Positions 21,060 to 31,459 are shown, numbered from the stretch's first letter. The stretch: DNA of 64,000 nucleotides from Vicinamibacterales bacterium (GCA_965197865.1 CBDANZ010000005.1:631237-695236), one strand, 5' to 3'. Notes: a model not told the origin generated them from the sequence alone. A program made the numbers and translations.

Positions 21060-21166
21060 GGCGTCAAGATCGATTCGCTGAAGTTGATGCCGAGACCGGC
21101 CAGCAGGCCCCTGTGATCACGCGAGCGAGGTTGATCTTGCCCGTGCGGACTTCCTTGGAAGCCATT
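21060..21166 (-). pseudogene. N-terminal remnant of a small membrane protein
   Basis: MASKEVRTGKINLARVITG, then out of frame LLAGLGINFSESILT, ending abruptly next to the GNAT remnant. Confidence 0.4.
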
Positions 21167-21215
21167 TCATGAAATGGCTTCTATCGTATGCGCGGATGTT
21201 AGCACTTCGCGTGAC

Positions 21216-21704
21216 TCAAGGCAGCGATTCGCGGAAGACCTGTTCGGCGATTTCGTCGCGGTACGCTTGGAGTTTCGCGCGCAGCTCGGGCCGCGATGTA
21301 GCGAGAATCGCGACCGCGAGCAGGCCCGCATTGGCCGCTCCGGGGGCGCCGATCGCCACGGTGGCCACGGGCACGCCTCTTGGCATTTGCACGGTCGAGA
21401 GCAGCGAGTCGAGGCCGCTGAGGGCGCTAGCGACCGGCACGCCAATCACCGGCAGCACCGTGTGGGCTGCAACGACGCCCGCCAGGTGGGCGGCGCCGCC
21501 GGCGCCGGCGATGATCACTTCGAAGCCTCGAGCCGCTGCGGTCGCTGCGTATTCGGCCGTCTCGGCCGGCGTCCGGTGGGCCGACAGAACTCGGGATTCG
21601 TGCGCGACGTCAAAGCGGGTCAACATCTCATCGGCCTGGCGCATCGTCTCCCAGTCCGACTTGCTGCCCATGATGAGGCCGACGAGCGGACGCGTCTCCG
21701 GCAT
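21216..21704 (-). CDS. purE: N5-carboxyaminoimidazole ribonucleotide mutase
   Basis: [41 protein letters not shown]. Confidence 0.97.
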   Translation of the reverse strand: MPETRPLVGLIMGSKSDWETMRQADEMLTRFDVAHESRVLSAHRTPAETAEYAATAAARGFEVIIAGAGGAAHLAGVVAAHTVLPVIGVPVASALSGLDSLLSTVQMPRGVPVATVAIGAPGAANAGLLAVAILATSRPELRAKLQAYRDEIAEQVFRESLP

Positions 21705-21736
21705 ATGGGGTTATTGTATGGAATAGAATCCTGTTT

Positions 21737-23101
21737 ATGAAGCGCGGCGTCCTGTTCGTTCTTCTTCTCGCCTCTCCGACGCTTGCGCAGACACGAACTT
21801 CGTCACCGCCCCAGCTCGAGGTGAGCTACGCGCATTTCACGCTTCCAAACGGCCTAGATGTGATCCTCCATGAAGACCACAGCGTACCAGTTGTCAGCGT
21901 GAATGTCTGGTACCACGTCGGCTCCGCGAACGAGCGCCCCGGACGCACCGGATTCGCGCACCTGTTCGAGCACCTCATGTTCATGGGTTCGGGACACGTG
22001 AAGCCGGGCGAGTTCGACGCGTGGCTCGAAGGCGCCGGCGGTAACAACAACGGATCGACGGACAACGATCGGACGAACTACTGGATCAACGCGCCGTCCA
22101 ACGCGCTCGAGCTCGCGCTGTTTCTTGAATCGGATCGCATGGGGTACCTACTCGACACGATGACACCGCGGACCGTAGACGCGCAGCGCGACGTGGTCAA
22201 GAACGAACGGTGGCAGAGCTACGAGAACCGCCCATACGGCGAGGCGGATCTCCTGCTTTCCGAGATGCTGTATCCAGAGGGCCACCCGTATCGCTGGCCG
22301 GTCATTGGATACATGCCCGACCTGACAGCGGCGAGCTACGAGGACGTGGTGGCGTTCTTCAATACGTACTATGCACCTGGAAACGCCAGCCTCGTCGTGG
22401 CCGGCGACATCGATTTGGCCGCGGCCCGCGCGCTCGTCGAAAGGTGGTTCAGCGACGTCAAGGCTGGCGCGGCCGTCGAGCCGATGACCATTCCTGGCCT
22501 CGTCCTGAACAACGTGCAGAAGAAAACGATAACAGACCGCGTGCAGCTTCCGCGCCTGTCGCTTGCGTGGCTCACACCGCGGCGCTTCGAACCTGGCGAC
22601 GCCGCGCTCGACATCCTGGCAGACGTGCTCAGCGGCGGCAAGAACTCGCGGCTATACAAGCGGCTCGTCTACGACATGCAGATCGTGCAGAGCGTAGAGG
22701 CGTTTCAGGCGTCCCGATCGCTGTCGTCGTACTTCCTGATCGAGGTGACACCGCGGCCGGGCCACACAGTTGATGAGGTTCAGAAGGTCATCGACGAAGA
22801 GCTTGCAAAGCTTCAGCGCGAGGCACCGACCGATCGTGAGGTCCAGCGCGCCATCAACAAGATCGAGTCGTCGTTCTACAACCGGATGGAGCGCGTCGGT
22901 GGGTTCGGCGGGAAGGCCAACCAGTTGAATGCGTACTTCTCTGCAACAGGCGACCCCGACTGGTTCAACGAGGACCTCGCCCGCTACCGCGCGCTGTCGC
23001 CGTCGGACATCCGTGCGGCTGCCGTCCGGTTTCTGCCGGCAACCCGACGCGTCGAGTTGACGGTTGTTCCGGAGTCCGGAACAAGCAGTCAGCGACCGTA
23101 G
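21737..23101 (+). CDS. M16 (pitrilysin/PqqL) zinc peptidase, catalytic subunit, with signal peptide
   Basis: Inverted Zn motif AHLFEHLMF, NGST..DRTNY, FLESDRM. Confidence 0.92.
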   Translation: MKRGVLFVLLLASPTLAQTRTSSPPQLEVSYAHFTLPNGLDVILHEDHSVPVVSVNVWYHVGSANERPGRTGFAHLFEHLMFMGSGHVKPGEFDAWLEGAGGNNNGSTDNDRTNYWINAPSNALELALFLESDRMGYLLDTMTPRTVDAQRDVVKNERWQSYENRPYGEADLLLSEMLYPEGHPYRWPVIGYMPDLTAASYEDVVAFFNTYYAPGNASLVVAGDIDLAAARALVERWFSDVKAGAAVEPMTIPGLVLNNVQKKTITDRVQLPRLSLAWLTPRRFEPGDAALDILADVLSGGKNSRLYKRLVYDMQIVQSVEAFQASRSLSSYFLIEVTPRPGHTVDEVQKVIDEELAKLQREAPTDREVQRAINKIESSFYNRMERVGGFGGKANQLNAYFSATGDPDWFNEDLARYRALSPSDIRAAAVRFLPATRRVELTVVPESGTSSQRP

Positions 23102-23102
23102 A

Positions 23103-23172
23103 CTACGAAGACACAAGGGAAAGGAAGGCACACGATTGCGCATGGCTGCCGAGTTCTTCGTGCCTTCGTGGT
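23103..23172. repeat. Degenerate palindromic ACGAAG-type intergenic repeat
   Basis: CTACGAAGACAC...CTTCGTGCCTTCGTGG arms; similar CCTTCGTGT units at 30780-30840. Confidence 0.4.
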
Positions 23173-23187
23173 GAACCGGCACTGGAG

Positions 23188-24642
23188 ATGAGCATACTGA
23201 TGCGTCCACCTCTTTCAGTAGCCGCACTTATTCTGGTCGGCATCACCCTTTCGGCCCAGTCGCCCGACCGAAGGCTGCCTCCGGCCTCTGGCCCGGCGCC
23301 CGCACTGAAGCTGCCGGTGATTCAGAAGCGCAAGCTGTCGAACGGACTCCCCGTCTGGATCGTGGAGTTTCACGAGGTGTCGGTCGCGCAAGTGAGCCTG
23401 GTCGTCAGCACCGGCAGCGCGGACGACCCGACTGGGAAGTACGGCCTCGCAAGCCTCACGGCCGCGATGCTGACCGAAGGCGCGGGATCGCGTTCGGCGC
23501 TCGAGATTGCCGACGCGATCGACTTCCTGGGTGCGAGCCTCGGCGCCGCAAGCAGCATCGACTTTTCAGCCGTGCGCCTGCACGTGCCGGTCGCGCGACT
23601 CGCCGAGGCGCTGCCGATCATGGGTGACGTCGCCCTCAGACCGACGTTTCCAAACGACGAGCTCGAGCGGCTACGACAGGAGCGTCTGACCGACCTGCTT
23701 CAAGCGCGCGACAACCCGCCGACGATTGCGTCACTCGCCTTCCTTCGGGTCCTCTACGGGCCAACCCACCGCTTCGGCACGGTGGCAGCGGGGGACGCGG
23801 AAACGATTAAAGCGTTCACGACCCAGGATCTGGCAGGCTTCTATCGAGCGACGTTCCGACCCGACCAATCGACGCTCGTGGTTGTGGGCGACGTGGCGCC
23901 CGACGCGCTGACGGTGTTGCTCGACTCGCACTTCGGCGCGTGGAAGCCTCAGGCAGCGGCTGCTCCGGGTGTGACGCTGCCGGCAGCCGAGCAGCCAGCT
24001 CGCCGGCGGATCTATCTCGTGGGCAGGCCTGGCGCGCCGCAGTCCCAGATCCGGATTGGGGGGATTGGCGTGCCGCGCTCGACGCCTGACTATTTTCCGA
24101 TCCAGATCATGAACACGATCCTCGGGGGATCGTTCAGCTCGCGCCTCAATCTCAATCTGCGCGAGCAGCATGGGTACTCGTACGGCGCCTCGTCGGCCTT
24201 CGACATGCGTGTGGCGCAGGGGCCCTTCTCGGCGCAGGCCGGCGTGCAGATTGACAGGACCTCGGAGTCGCTCACCGAGTTCTTCAATGAGCTGAACGGA
24301 ATCCTGAAAGCGGTGCCGGCCGACGAGCTGACGCGCGCGAAAAACTACGTCGCGCTGCGCTTCCCGGGAACGTTCGAAACAACCGGCGACATTGCGCGAC
24401 GGATGGAAGACGCGATCGTGTATCGTCTGTCCGACGATTTCTTCTCGCGCTACGTTCAAAACATCGAGGCGGTCACGGCCGCCGACGTCCAGCGCGTCGC
24501 GCAGAAATACATTCGGCCCGACCGCTTCGCCGTCATCGTCGTCGGCGACCGTAAGACCATTGAGCCTGGGATTCGCGCGCTGAATCTCGGACCGATTACC
24601 TTCATGACTGTCGACGAGGTCTTCGGAACCGCCACGCGATGA
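23188..24642 (+). CDS. M16 peptidase non-catalytic partner subunit, with signal peptide
   Basis: M16 fold motifs (LGGSFSSRLNLNLREQHGYSYG) but no HxxEH; follows the catalytic subunit. Confidence 0.9.
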   Translation: MSILMRPPLSVAALILVGITLSAQSPDRRLPPASGPAPALKLPVIQKRKLSNGLPVWIVEFHEVSVAQVSLVVSTGSADDPTGKYGLASLTAAMLTEGAGSRSALEIADAIDFLGASLGAASSIDFSAVRLHVPVARLAEALPIMGDVALRPTFPNDELERLRQERLTDLLQARDNPPTIASLAFLRVLYGPTHRFGTVAAGDAETIKAFTTQDLAGFYRATFRPDQSTLVVVGDVAPDALTVLLDSHFGAWKPQAAAAPGVTLPAAEQPARRRIYLVGRPGAPQSQIRIGGIGVPRSTPDYFPIQIMNTILGGSFSSRLNLNLREQHGYSYGASSAFDMRVAQGPFSAQAGVQIDRTSESLTEFFNELNGILKAVPADELTRAKNYVALRFPGTFETTGDIARRMEDAIVYRLSDDFFSRYVQNIEAVTAADVQRVAQKYIRPDRFAVIVVGDRKTIEPGIRALNLGPITFMTVDEVFGTATR

Positions 24643-24761
24643 TCTCGATCCTGTTGTATTCCCTCATTGCGAGGCTGCTGGTGGCCGCAGCGGCAGGGGA
24701 ACCGAGCAGGTCGGCAGAATAGGTAGTGGAAGAGAAACGGGATGAAAATACTTTGCTTTGT

Positions 24762-24827
24762 CTAGCGCGACCCTGAAAGGGTGGCGCTCCGGGTAGGGCT
24801 ATCGCCGCCCTGAAAGGGTCGTGCTAC
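24762..24827. repeat. Inverted pair of GTAG-type REPs (REPIN-like)
   Basis: CTAGCGCGACCCTGAAAGGGTGGCG (24762-24787) and, on the minus strand, GTAGCACGACCCTTTCAGGGCGGCG (24803-24827). Confidence 0.65.
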
Positions 24828-26508
24828 GGACAGGCTGCAAGAAGCTGATCGTCATGCCGACGAGGACGACGACGACGGCGCCGATGACGTTGTGCCAGAG
24901 GAAGGCCACGTTGGTGTAGGTGGCCGCCCAGGCGACCGATCCCATTCCCGCAATGAGCCCGATGAAGGCCCCGTTGCCCGTCGCGCGCGGAAAGCCGACC
25001 GCGAGAATGAACACGCCCAGAATCGACCCGTAGAAAAACGACCCGAAGCGGTTCACGACTTCGATGAGCGACCCGAGCTCAGCCGCCCAGACGGCCACGG
25101 CGCTCGCGAACAGCCCCCAGAACCCCGTTGCCGCGCGCGAGATCCGCAGGTAATGCACGTCGGCTGCGCGCGGGCGCGCGAAGCGGCGGTAGAAGTCGAT
25201 CACGGTCGCCGTGGATAGCGCTGCGAGCTCAGCGGAGATGGTCGACATCGCCCCGGCGAAGATAGCGGCGATCAACAGGCCGACCAAGCCGAGTGGCAGG
25301 TACGTCGTGACGAAGGTGGGAAATACATAGTTGACGTCGTTGAAGGTCTGGTCGCCTGTTGCCTCCCGCACGAGCGCTAGGGCCTCTGCACGAACCGCGC
25401 GCACGGCCGCCTCGCGTGTGACGAGCTCCTCACTGGCCGCCGCAGTCCGTTCAGGATCGCCGCCGGACTCTGCCGGCGCCAGGGCCAGGGCGGCCGCCCG
25501 TCGCGCTGCCGTTGCGACTTCGAAGCGCTGTTCAAGGATCTGATAATCGCTGGCGCGCGGTCCCTCGCGGACCGCTTGCTCGTGCACCCGGTTGAACAGC
25601 ATCGGCGAGGGCGTAAACAGATAGAACAGGAACATGAACACGCCGACGAGCAGCACCAGCGCCTGCAGCGGAATCTTCAAGTAGGCGCTCATCAGAAGCG
25701 AGCTGCGCGCGGCATCTATGGACTTCGTGGTCAGGTATCGCTGCACCTGGCTCTGATCGGTGCCGAAGTACGAGCAGAAAAGAAACAGCGCTGCTATCGT
25801 TCCAGACCAGAACGTGTACTGATTCGTGAGGTCGAAGCTGAAATCGAACGTCTGCAGATGTCCTATGGCCCCGGCAATCCGAAGCGCCTGAGGCACGCTG
25901 ACGTCCCGGGGCAGCTCGAGCACCAGCACCACGAACGTCGCCACGAGGCTCCCGACGATGAGCACCATCTGCTTCACGTCGGTCCACGTGACCGCCTGCA
26001 CGCCGCCGAACATCGTGTACACCGCTGTCGGCAGCGCGATCAGCAGCACGGTGTTCGTGACGCTGATCCCCATGACGACCGCCAGCACGACGGCCGGCGC
26101 CGAAATCACGACGCCGAGCGACATGCTACGCGACACCAGGAAGAGCAGGCTCGTGAACGCGCGCGTCTTCACGTCGAAGCGCTGCTCCAGATACTCGTAG
26201 GCGGTGTAGACATTCGCGTTGTGGAAAAATGGCACGAGCGTCATCGACAGGACGATCATCGCGATCGGCAGCGCATAGTAGAACTGGAGGAAGCGCATGC
26301 CGTCCGCATACGCTTGGCCGGTGGTGCCGATCATCGTGATCGCGCTCAACTGCGTCGCCATCACGGACAGCCCGGCGGCCCACCACGGCAGGCTCCGGCT
26401 CGCGAGGAAATAGCCTTCCAGCTCGCGGCTCTTCTTCGTCAGACGGAGCCCGTCCCAGACGATCCACGCTAGGTAGACGGCAATGATCGTCCAGTCGATC
26501 CAGTGCAT
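24799..26508 (-). CDS. Sodium:solute symporter (SSS) family transporter
   Basis: GYFLASRSLPWW, SVMATQLSAITMIG, YEYLEQRF, GGVQAVTWTD, DQSQVQRYL, AAMSTISAEL; start MHWIDW at 26508. Confidence 0.93.
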   Translation of the reverse strand: MHWIDWTIIAVYLAWIVWDGLRLTKKSRELEGYFLASRSLPWWAAGLSVMATQLSAITMIGTTGQAYADGMRFLQFYYALPIAMIVLSMTLVPFFHNANVYTAYEYLEQRFDVKTRAFTSLLFLVSRSMSLGVVISAPAVVLAVVMGISVTNTVLLIALPTAVYTMFGGVQAVTWTDVKQMVLIVGSLVATFVVLVLELPRDVSVPQALRIAGAIGHLQTFDFSFDLTNQYTFWSGTIAALFLFCSYFGTDQSQVQRYLTTKSIDAARSSLLMSAYLKIPLQALVLLVGVFMFLFYLFTPSPMLFNRVHEQAVREGPRASDYQILEQRFEVATAARRAAALALAPAESGGDPERTAAASEELVTREAAVRAVRAEALALVREATGDQTFNDVNYVFPTFVTTYLPLGLVGLLIAAIFAGAMSTISAELAALSTATVIDFYRRFARPRAADVHYLRISRAATGFWGLFASAVAVWAAELGSLIEVVNRFGSFFYGSILGVFILAVGFPRATGNGAFIGLIAGMGSVAWAATYTNVAFLWHNVIGAVVVVLVGMTISFLQPVRSTTLSGRR

Positions 26509-26606
26509 CAGCCGAAGTACTGCTGGAAGACGTAAAGCGCGGCGAGTATGATCGCCCAGACCAGGACCACGCGCAGGTACACGCCGCTCGGCCGCGGGCG
26601 CCTCAC
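26508..26606 (-). CDS. 32-aa single-TM protein translationally coupled to the SSS gene (not in the ORF track)
   Basis: GTG-start MRRPRPSGVYLRVVLVWAIILAALYVFQQYFG*; its TGA overlaps the symporter ATG (TGATG). Confidence 0.7.
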   Translation of the reverse strand: MRRPRPSGVYLRVVLVWAIILAALYVFQQYFG

Positions 26607-26693
26607 AGCGCCCGACTCCGCTCGGCCTCGTTGAGGACGTAGGCGACGTACTCGGGAGCAAACGACATCGACAGTGTCATCTAATATAGACCG

Positions 26694-28304
26694 ATGCCGA
26701 GCTTCTCACTTCGTGCGAGGCCGCAGCGGGGCGATTTATTCCCGCCGCGCACGATTCGCGATGCCGACGTCCTCAGATCGCACCTCGAGGACGCCGCACA
26801 CTTCCCCGGCGGGCATGCGACGGAGCTTGTGGCACCGGTCACGGAAGCGGAGGTCGCCAGCGTGTTGCAGACCTCCGCTGCGGTTCTGTCCATCGGCGCC
26901 CAGTCGTCGCTCACCGGCGGCGCCACGCCCATGGGAGAGACACTTGTCAGCACGGCGCGCCTGAACCGGATCGAGTCGATCGGCAGCCACAGCGCTCGTG
27001 TGGGAGTGGGTGTCACCCTTGCCGCGTTGGACACGGCGCTCGAGGCGGCCGGTCGTTACTATCCGCCGGCGCCAACCTTCACGGGCGCGTTCGTTGGCGG
27101 CACCGTTTCCACCAACGCCTCCGGCGCCGCGACGTTCAAGTACGGTACGACACGCGATTGGGTGGAAGCGCTGACCGTCGTGCTGCCGGGTGGCGACGTC
27201 CTGGACATCGAGCGAGGAGTCACGCGCGCTCACGTCGATGGCTATTTCGACCTGCACCTCGCCGTCGGCACAACTCGAGTTCCGGTTCCGAACTACCGCA
27301 TGCCTTCGGTGCGCAAGCTCTCGGCCGGATATTTCGCCATGCCGCAGATGGACCTGATCGATCTCTTCATCGGCGCCGAGGGCACGCTCGGTGTGGTGAC
27401 CGCCGTGACCCTCCGTGTACTGCCCGTCCGTCCGGCCCTGTGCCTGGCGCTCGTGCCATTTACCGATCGACGAGCAGCGCTCGTCTTCGCCGACCGTCTC
27501 CGCAGCACCGCCCGGGACACCTGGCGCGGACGAAGCCCGCGCGGCATCGACGTGGCGGCCATCGAGTACATGGACGCGCGCTCACTGGCGATCGTTCGCG
27601 AAGCCGGCGTCGATCGCGCCAGCGGCGTGAACCTCGCGGCCACACCGGAAATGGCACTGCTGGTGACGCTGGAGCTTGCTTGCGGCGTCGGGCCCGATCA
27701 GGCGTTTGACGAGATCGGCCGTGCGCGCGATCCGCATGCGCCCGACACCCCGCTCGTGCGCTTCTGCTCGCTCCTCGGCGACGCTGGCGTGCTGGACGAT
27801 GTCGAGATCGCGGTGCCTGGGGACAAGGCGCGGGTCGCCCAGCTTCTGGCTATCCGCGAAGCCGTGCCTGCCGCGGTCAACCAGCGTGTCGGCCGCGCCA
27901 GGCAGACGATCGACCCGCGAATCGAGAAGACGGCGGCCGACATGATCGTGCCGTGCGATCGGATCGGGGAGCTGCTGGACATCTACGGCGCAGGGGCTCG
28001 CCGACGCGGCCTCGACGCGGCCGTCTGGGGCCACCTTTCAGACGGCAACCTCCACTGCAACGTGATTCCCCGCTCGTTCACGGAGGTCGAGTCGGGCCAG
28101 GCGGCCATCCTCGAGTTTGGCCGCGAGGCGATCCGCCTCGGCGGTGCGCCACTCGCCGAGCACGGCGTCGGTCGCAATCCGGTAAAGCAGCAGCTTCTCC
28201 GCGATCTGTATGGAGAGGCCGGCATCGAGGAGATGCGCCGGGTCAAACGCACAATCGATCCCGAGTGGAAGCTCGCCCCAGGAGTATCGTTCTCGGAACG
28301 GTAG
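26694..28304 (+). CDS. FAD-binding oxidoreductase (GlcD/D-lactate dehydrogenase, VAO/PCMH family)
   Basis: GAQSSLTGGATP, FVGGTVSTNASG..KYG, FIGAEGTLGVVT, HLSDGNLH, LAEHGVG. Confidence 0.88.
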   Translation: MPSFSLRARPQRGDLFPPRTIRDADVLRSHLEDAAHFPGGHATELVAPVTEAEVASVLQTSAAVLSIGAQSSLTGGATPMGETLVSTARLNRIESIGSHSARVGVGVTLAALDTALEAAGRYYPPAPTFTGAFVGGTVSTNASGAATFKYGTTRDWVEALTVVLPGGDVLDIERGVTRAHVDGYFDLHLAVGTTRVPVPNYRMPSVRKLSAGYFAMPQMDLIDLFIGAEGTLGVVTAVTLRVLPVRPALCLALVPFTDRRAALVFADRLRSTARDTWRGRSPRGIDVAAIEYMDARSLAIVREAGVDRASGVNLAATPEMALLVTLELACGVGPDQAFDEIGRARDPHAPDTPLVRFCSLLGDAGVLDDVEIAVPGDKARVAQLLAIREAVPAAVNQRVGRARQTIDPRIEKTAADMIVPCDRIGELLDIYGAGARRRGLDAAVWGHLSDGNLHCNVIPRSFTEVESGQAAILEFGREAIRLGGAPLAEHGVGRNPVKQQLLRDLYGEAGIEEMRRVKRTIDPEWKLAPGVSFSER

Positions 28305-28315
28305 CTCCCGAAACG

Positions 28316-28340
28316 GTAGCGCGACCCTTTCAGGGTCGTG
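28316..28340 (+). repeat. GTAG-type REP
   Basis: GTAGCGCGACCCTTTCAGGGTCGTG; supplies the stop codon of the convergent M61 gene. Confidence 0.65.
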
Positions 28341-30228
28341 AGTTCAACCAACGCTCACGAAATGTTCGCTGTGCCGGTGTTAACGATCCGCCGGCCGACT
28401 CGATTGGCACGACTTCCAGGCTCTGGTTTTCTCCAAGCGTGAGCTTCGTCGTCTTGGCAACGCCCGTCCTGTCGACAAAGACTAGGGCAATCGTATCGCC
28501 GGGCTTGCGGCGTCTCACAACATCTGCCACATCTCTAGACGATCGAATGCGATCGCCGTCGAGCTGGCGGATCTCATCGCCAAGGTCGAGCCCGGCGGCG
28601 TACGCGGGCGAGTCGATCGGCGGTGGCGAAGCGACGTGCGCGGCCCCGCCTCGGTCCTCGAGGCGCACCTGCCCGAGCCACGCGCGACCCGCGTTCGACT
28701 TGCGGAGCACGAGCCCGGCGTGCAGCAGCAGCTTCGGATAATCGGCGACTTCGTAGCCCTGGATGTAGCGGGAGAAGAAGTCGCGCGCAAAAGCTGCGTC
28801 GCCGCTCACTTCTGCGAGACGCGCCTCAGCATCCGACATCGTATAGGGACGATCCACGTAACCTTCGCGGCTGCCGTCCGGCTTCCCGTGGACGCGCCAC
28901 ATCGCACGCATATAGTCGTCGAGTGTCACGCGCCCATCCGACCGAGCCCGCAGCGTGAGATCAAGCGCCAGCGCAAGGGCGCCGCCAAACTGGTAGTACG
29001 AAATCACCGTTCTCGACCAGTTCGTCCGATCCTGCGGCCGCCCCTGGTCGGTGAATGGCGCCATCCGGCTCATTTCCTCGGCCGATCGGAGCCGCGCCGG
29101 GTTCAGCACAACGCTGCTGACGAACCCGGCAAAGGTGCGGGCCATCCATTGCAGATCCACGATACCCGCGCGACTCATCGCCAGGGGCCCGAAGTACTGC
29201 GTGAAACCCTCTCCGAGCCAGAGTTCACCGGACATGTTGGCGCGCTCGAGGTCGAAGGGCTCGAGGGAGCGGGGCCGAATGCGCTCGACGTTCCAGCCAT
29301 GGAAAAACTCGTGCGCGGCGCCGTCGAGCAGCGACACACGTCCACTTCCGAGCGAGCTCGACGAGGTCAGCACCGTGCTGTTTCTGTGTTCCATTGCATC
29401 GCCTTCGGCATAAGGAAGATAGTCGGCGAGAAACGTGTAGTGGCCAGGTTCGTACGCCGGATACTCGCCGTAGATCTCGCCCTGCTCGCGTACGATCTTT
29501 TCGACGTCTCTCACGAACGAGTCAAGCTCTGCGTTGCTGCCGGTGTGATGGAGCGCAAAGCGGAACGCACGGTCGCCAATGGAAAACTGGCGCATCGAAA
29601 AGAGACCGAACTCGACCGGGCTGTCCATCAGATACTGCAAATTCAACGCGGTGAACTCGAAGGGCGTGCCGCCGGGATGGAGCTGCGTTGCCACCTGCCA
29701 GCGCTGGCCCGATGGCGGCTCGAACACAAGAGTGGCCGGCCGATCGTCGAGGTCGCGGGCCCACATGATCGCGGCCGGCATGTTGATGTGGGCGTGCGTC
29801 GTGTCGATCGCGAGGTACGTTCCGTCGACTCGATCGCCGAACACCTTGTACTTCACGGTTGCCGCTCCGCCATGGCCGCCGACGACCCAGCCGTGCGGGT
29901 CCGATCTCGTCGCCGCGACTTCGCGGCCGTCGGCTTCGTACGCGCGAACGTCGTAGACGTTTTTCGCGAAGTCGTGGAGCGAGTACCGACTTGGCGACGA
30001 CTGGCTCATCCTTAGCTCCAGCGGCCGGCCGCCCAGCTCGGAAAACGACACCTCCACCTGCATCCAGTGGTGCTCGGGCTCTGGAAATGTGAAGCGATAG
30101 CGAACCGTTTCCTGCGCATCTGGCGAGGAGGCTGGCGCAAGGAACACGAGCAGGAGCGCGAGGGCGATACGGCGTCTTGCGACGCTCTCATGCAGCCGCG
30201 CTTGATCGGCCGGAGAAATCAGAGCCAT
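28330..30228 (-). CDS. M61 glycyl aminopeptidase with C-terminal PDZ domain
   Basis: AMEHRNS, AHEFFHGWN, LWLGEGFTQY, SPAYAAGLDLGD PDZ; signal-like N-terminus. Confidence 0.92.
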   Translation of the reverse strand: MALISPADQARLHESVARRRIALALLLVFLAPASSPDAQETVRYRFTFPEPEHHWMQVEVSFSELGGRPLELRMSQSSPSRYSLHDFAKNVYDVRAYEADGREVAATRSDPHGWVVGGHGGAATVKYKVFGDRVDGTYLAIDTTHAHINMPAAIMWARDLDDRPATLVFEPPSGQRWQVATQLHPGGTPFEFTALNLQYLMDSPVEFGLFSMRQFSIGDRAFRFALHHTGSNAELDSFVRDVEKIVREQGEIYGEYPAYEPGHYTFLADYLPYAEGDAMEHRNSTVLTSSSSLGSGRVSLLDGAAHEFFHGWNVERIRPRSLEPFDLERANMSGELWLGEGFTQYFGPLAMSRAGIVDLQWMARTFAGFVSSVVLNPARLRSAEEMSRMAPFTDQGRPQDRTNWSRTVISYYQFGGALALALDLTLRARSDGRVTLDDYMRAMWRVHGKPDGSREGYVDRPYTMSDAEARLAEVSGDAAFARDFFSRYIQGYEVADYPKLLLHAGLVLRKSNAGRAWLGQVRLEDRGGAAHVASPPPIDSPAYAAGLDLGDEIRQLDGDRIRSSRDVADVVRRRKPGDTIALVFVDRTGVAKTTKLTLGENQSLEVVPIESAGGSLTPAQRTFRERWLNSRP

Positions 30229-30229
30229 G

Positions 30230-30667
30230 CTACTTGAACAGATCGTTGAAGGCCTGTCTCGCGCTGGTGGGGCCGGGCGTGCTGGTCTGTCGTTCGACGG
30301 TGGTGCGCGGCGAGAAGAGAGCGCACAGGTTGCGTTCGTCCTTTGGCGCAACGCGCACGGCCAGCGCCTCCTGGGTGCATTCCCACCGCGCGCTCGTGTC
30401 GAACGACACGCAGTTAATGCAGCTACGCAGGGCCACGCCGCACCGCGAGCAGCGGCTGTCGGATTCGACGGGCAGTCCTAGGCGGTTACCGCACCGCGCG
30501 CAGCGGAAGACTTCGTGACTGGCCATGAAGTTCGGCGTCCGAGGACCCGAGGGGTCCTGCCGCGGGCGGCCGGGCGCCCGCGGCTCCTGCGGCGGTTTCT
30601 CGCGCTTGGGCTGCCGTTCCCGCGGTTCGTCCTGATAGCCTCGCTGCCGGTACTTTCGTTCGGACAT
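30230..30667 (-). CDS. Cys-rich (multi-CxxC) hypothetical protein with basic low-complexity N-terminus
   Basis: CARC, CSRC, CINC plus two further Cys; start MSERKY. Confidence 0.75.
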   Translation of the reverse strand: MSERKYRQRGYQDEPRERQPKREKPPQEPRAPGRPRQDPSGPRTPNFMASHEVFRCARCGNRLGLPVESDSRCSRCGVALRSCINCVSFDTSARWECTQEALAVRVAPKDERNLCALFSPRTTVERQTSTPGPTSARQAFNDLFK

Positions 30668-30898
30668 TAGATACTCCGGGAGCCCACCGGTCATCGCATT
30701 CTACGATATTCTTTTTCCGTCTCTGTGGCGCGCTCAAGCTTCGTTCAGGTCTCCCTCTGCGAGGCCATGCGGGCAGTGGCGTCCTTCGTGTCTTCGGCGC
30801 GGCGGGCGCGGCGCTGCTCGTCTTTTCCTTCGTGTTCTCCTTCACGCCGCTTCGGGCGCAAGCTACCCGGGCCCTGACTCTGGTCAGGTTTGCTGAAA

Positions 30899-31188
30899 TC
30901 ACGAGGCTTTTCGATCCCCAGCTCTCGCCAGACGGCCGCCGGGCCGGCCGAGCTTGCCGAGGATCCTGCCCTCCAGATCGACCTCAAAGATCACGGCGTC
31001 TTCCATGACATCCGGGTCGGCGGTGTGGGCGACGTGCAGAACCTGGCGCGAACCGGGCGTGATGCAGAGTACGGTTGGCGTGCCCACGTTGAGGAACTGC
31101 TTCTTGACGGTGCCGTTGCCGTCGAAGACCTGGACTCATCGTTGCGTTCGGCGGCCACATCGACGTTGCCGGCCGTGTCCCAAGCCAC
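30899..31188 (-). pseudogene. NHL-repeat (PAL-like beta-propeller) remnant
   Basis: AWDTAGNVDVA / (R)VQVFDGNGTVKKQF / FEVDLEGRILGKLG spread over shifting frames. Confidence 0.6.
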
Positions 31189-31459
31189 GTCCGTTTGGCG
31201 ATTGAGCTGCTCGCCCTCCGCGCCGCGCGACGACGACGGCGACAGACGTCAGACCTCGCCTCAATTTGCCCCTCCGATAATAGCTAATAGGAATTGCTCT
31301 CGAACTGACTTTCGATCCACCTGCGAATCCATACGAGCCGGCGCCGGGGTTCAGGACCGATCATCGCGGAGGCTTCTGCTGTGTTAAGGTAAGTAGCCCC
31401 GGCTGATACCGAGCCCGCCCGCGGTGTTGAGGAGCCTGGCTGGAGGCGGTTTCACGACA

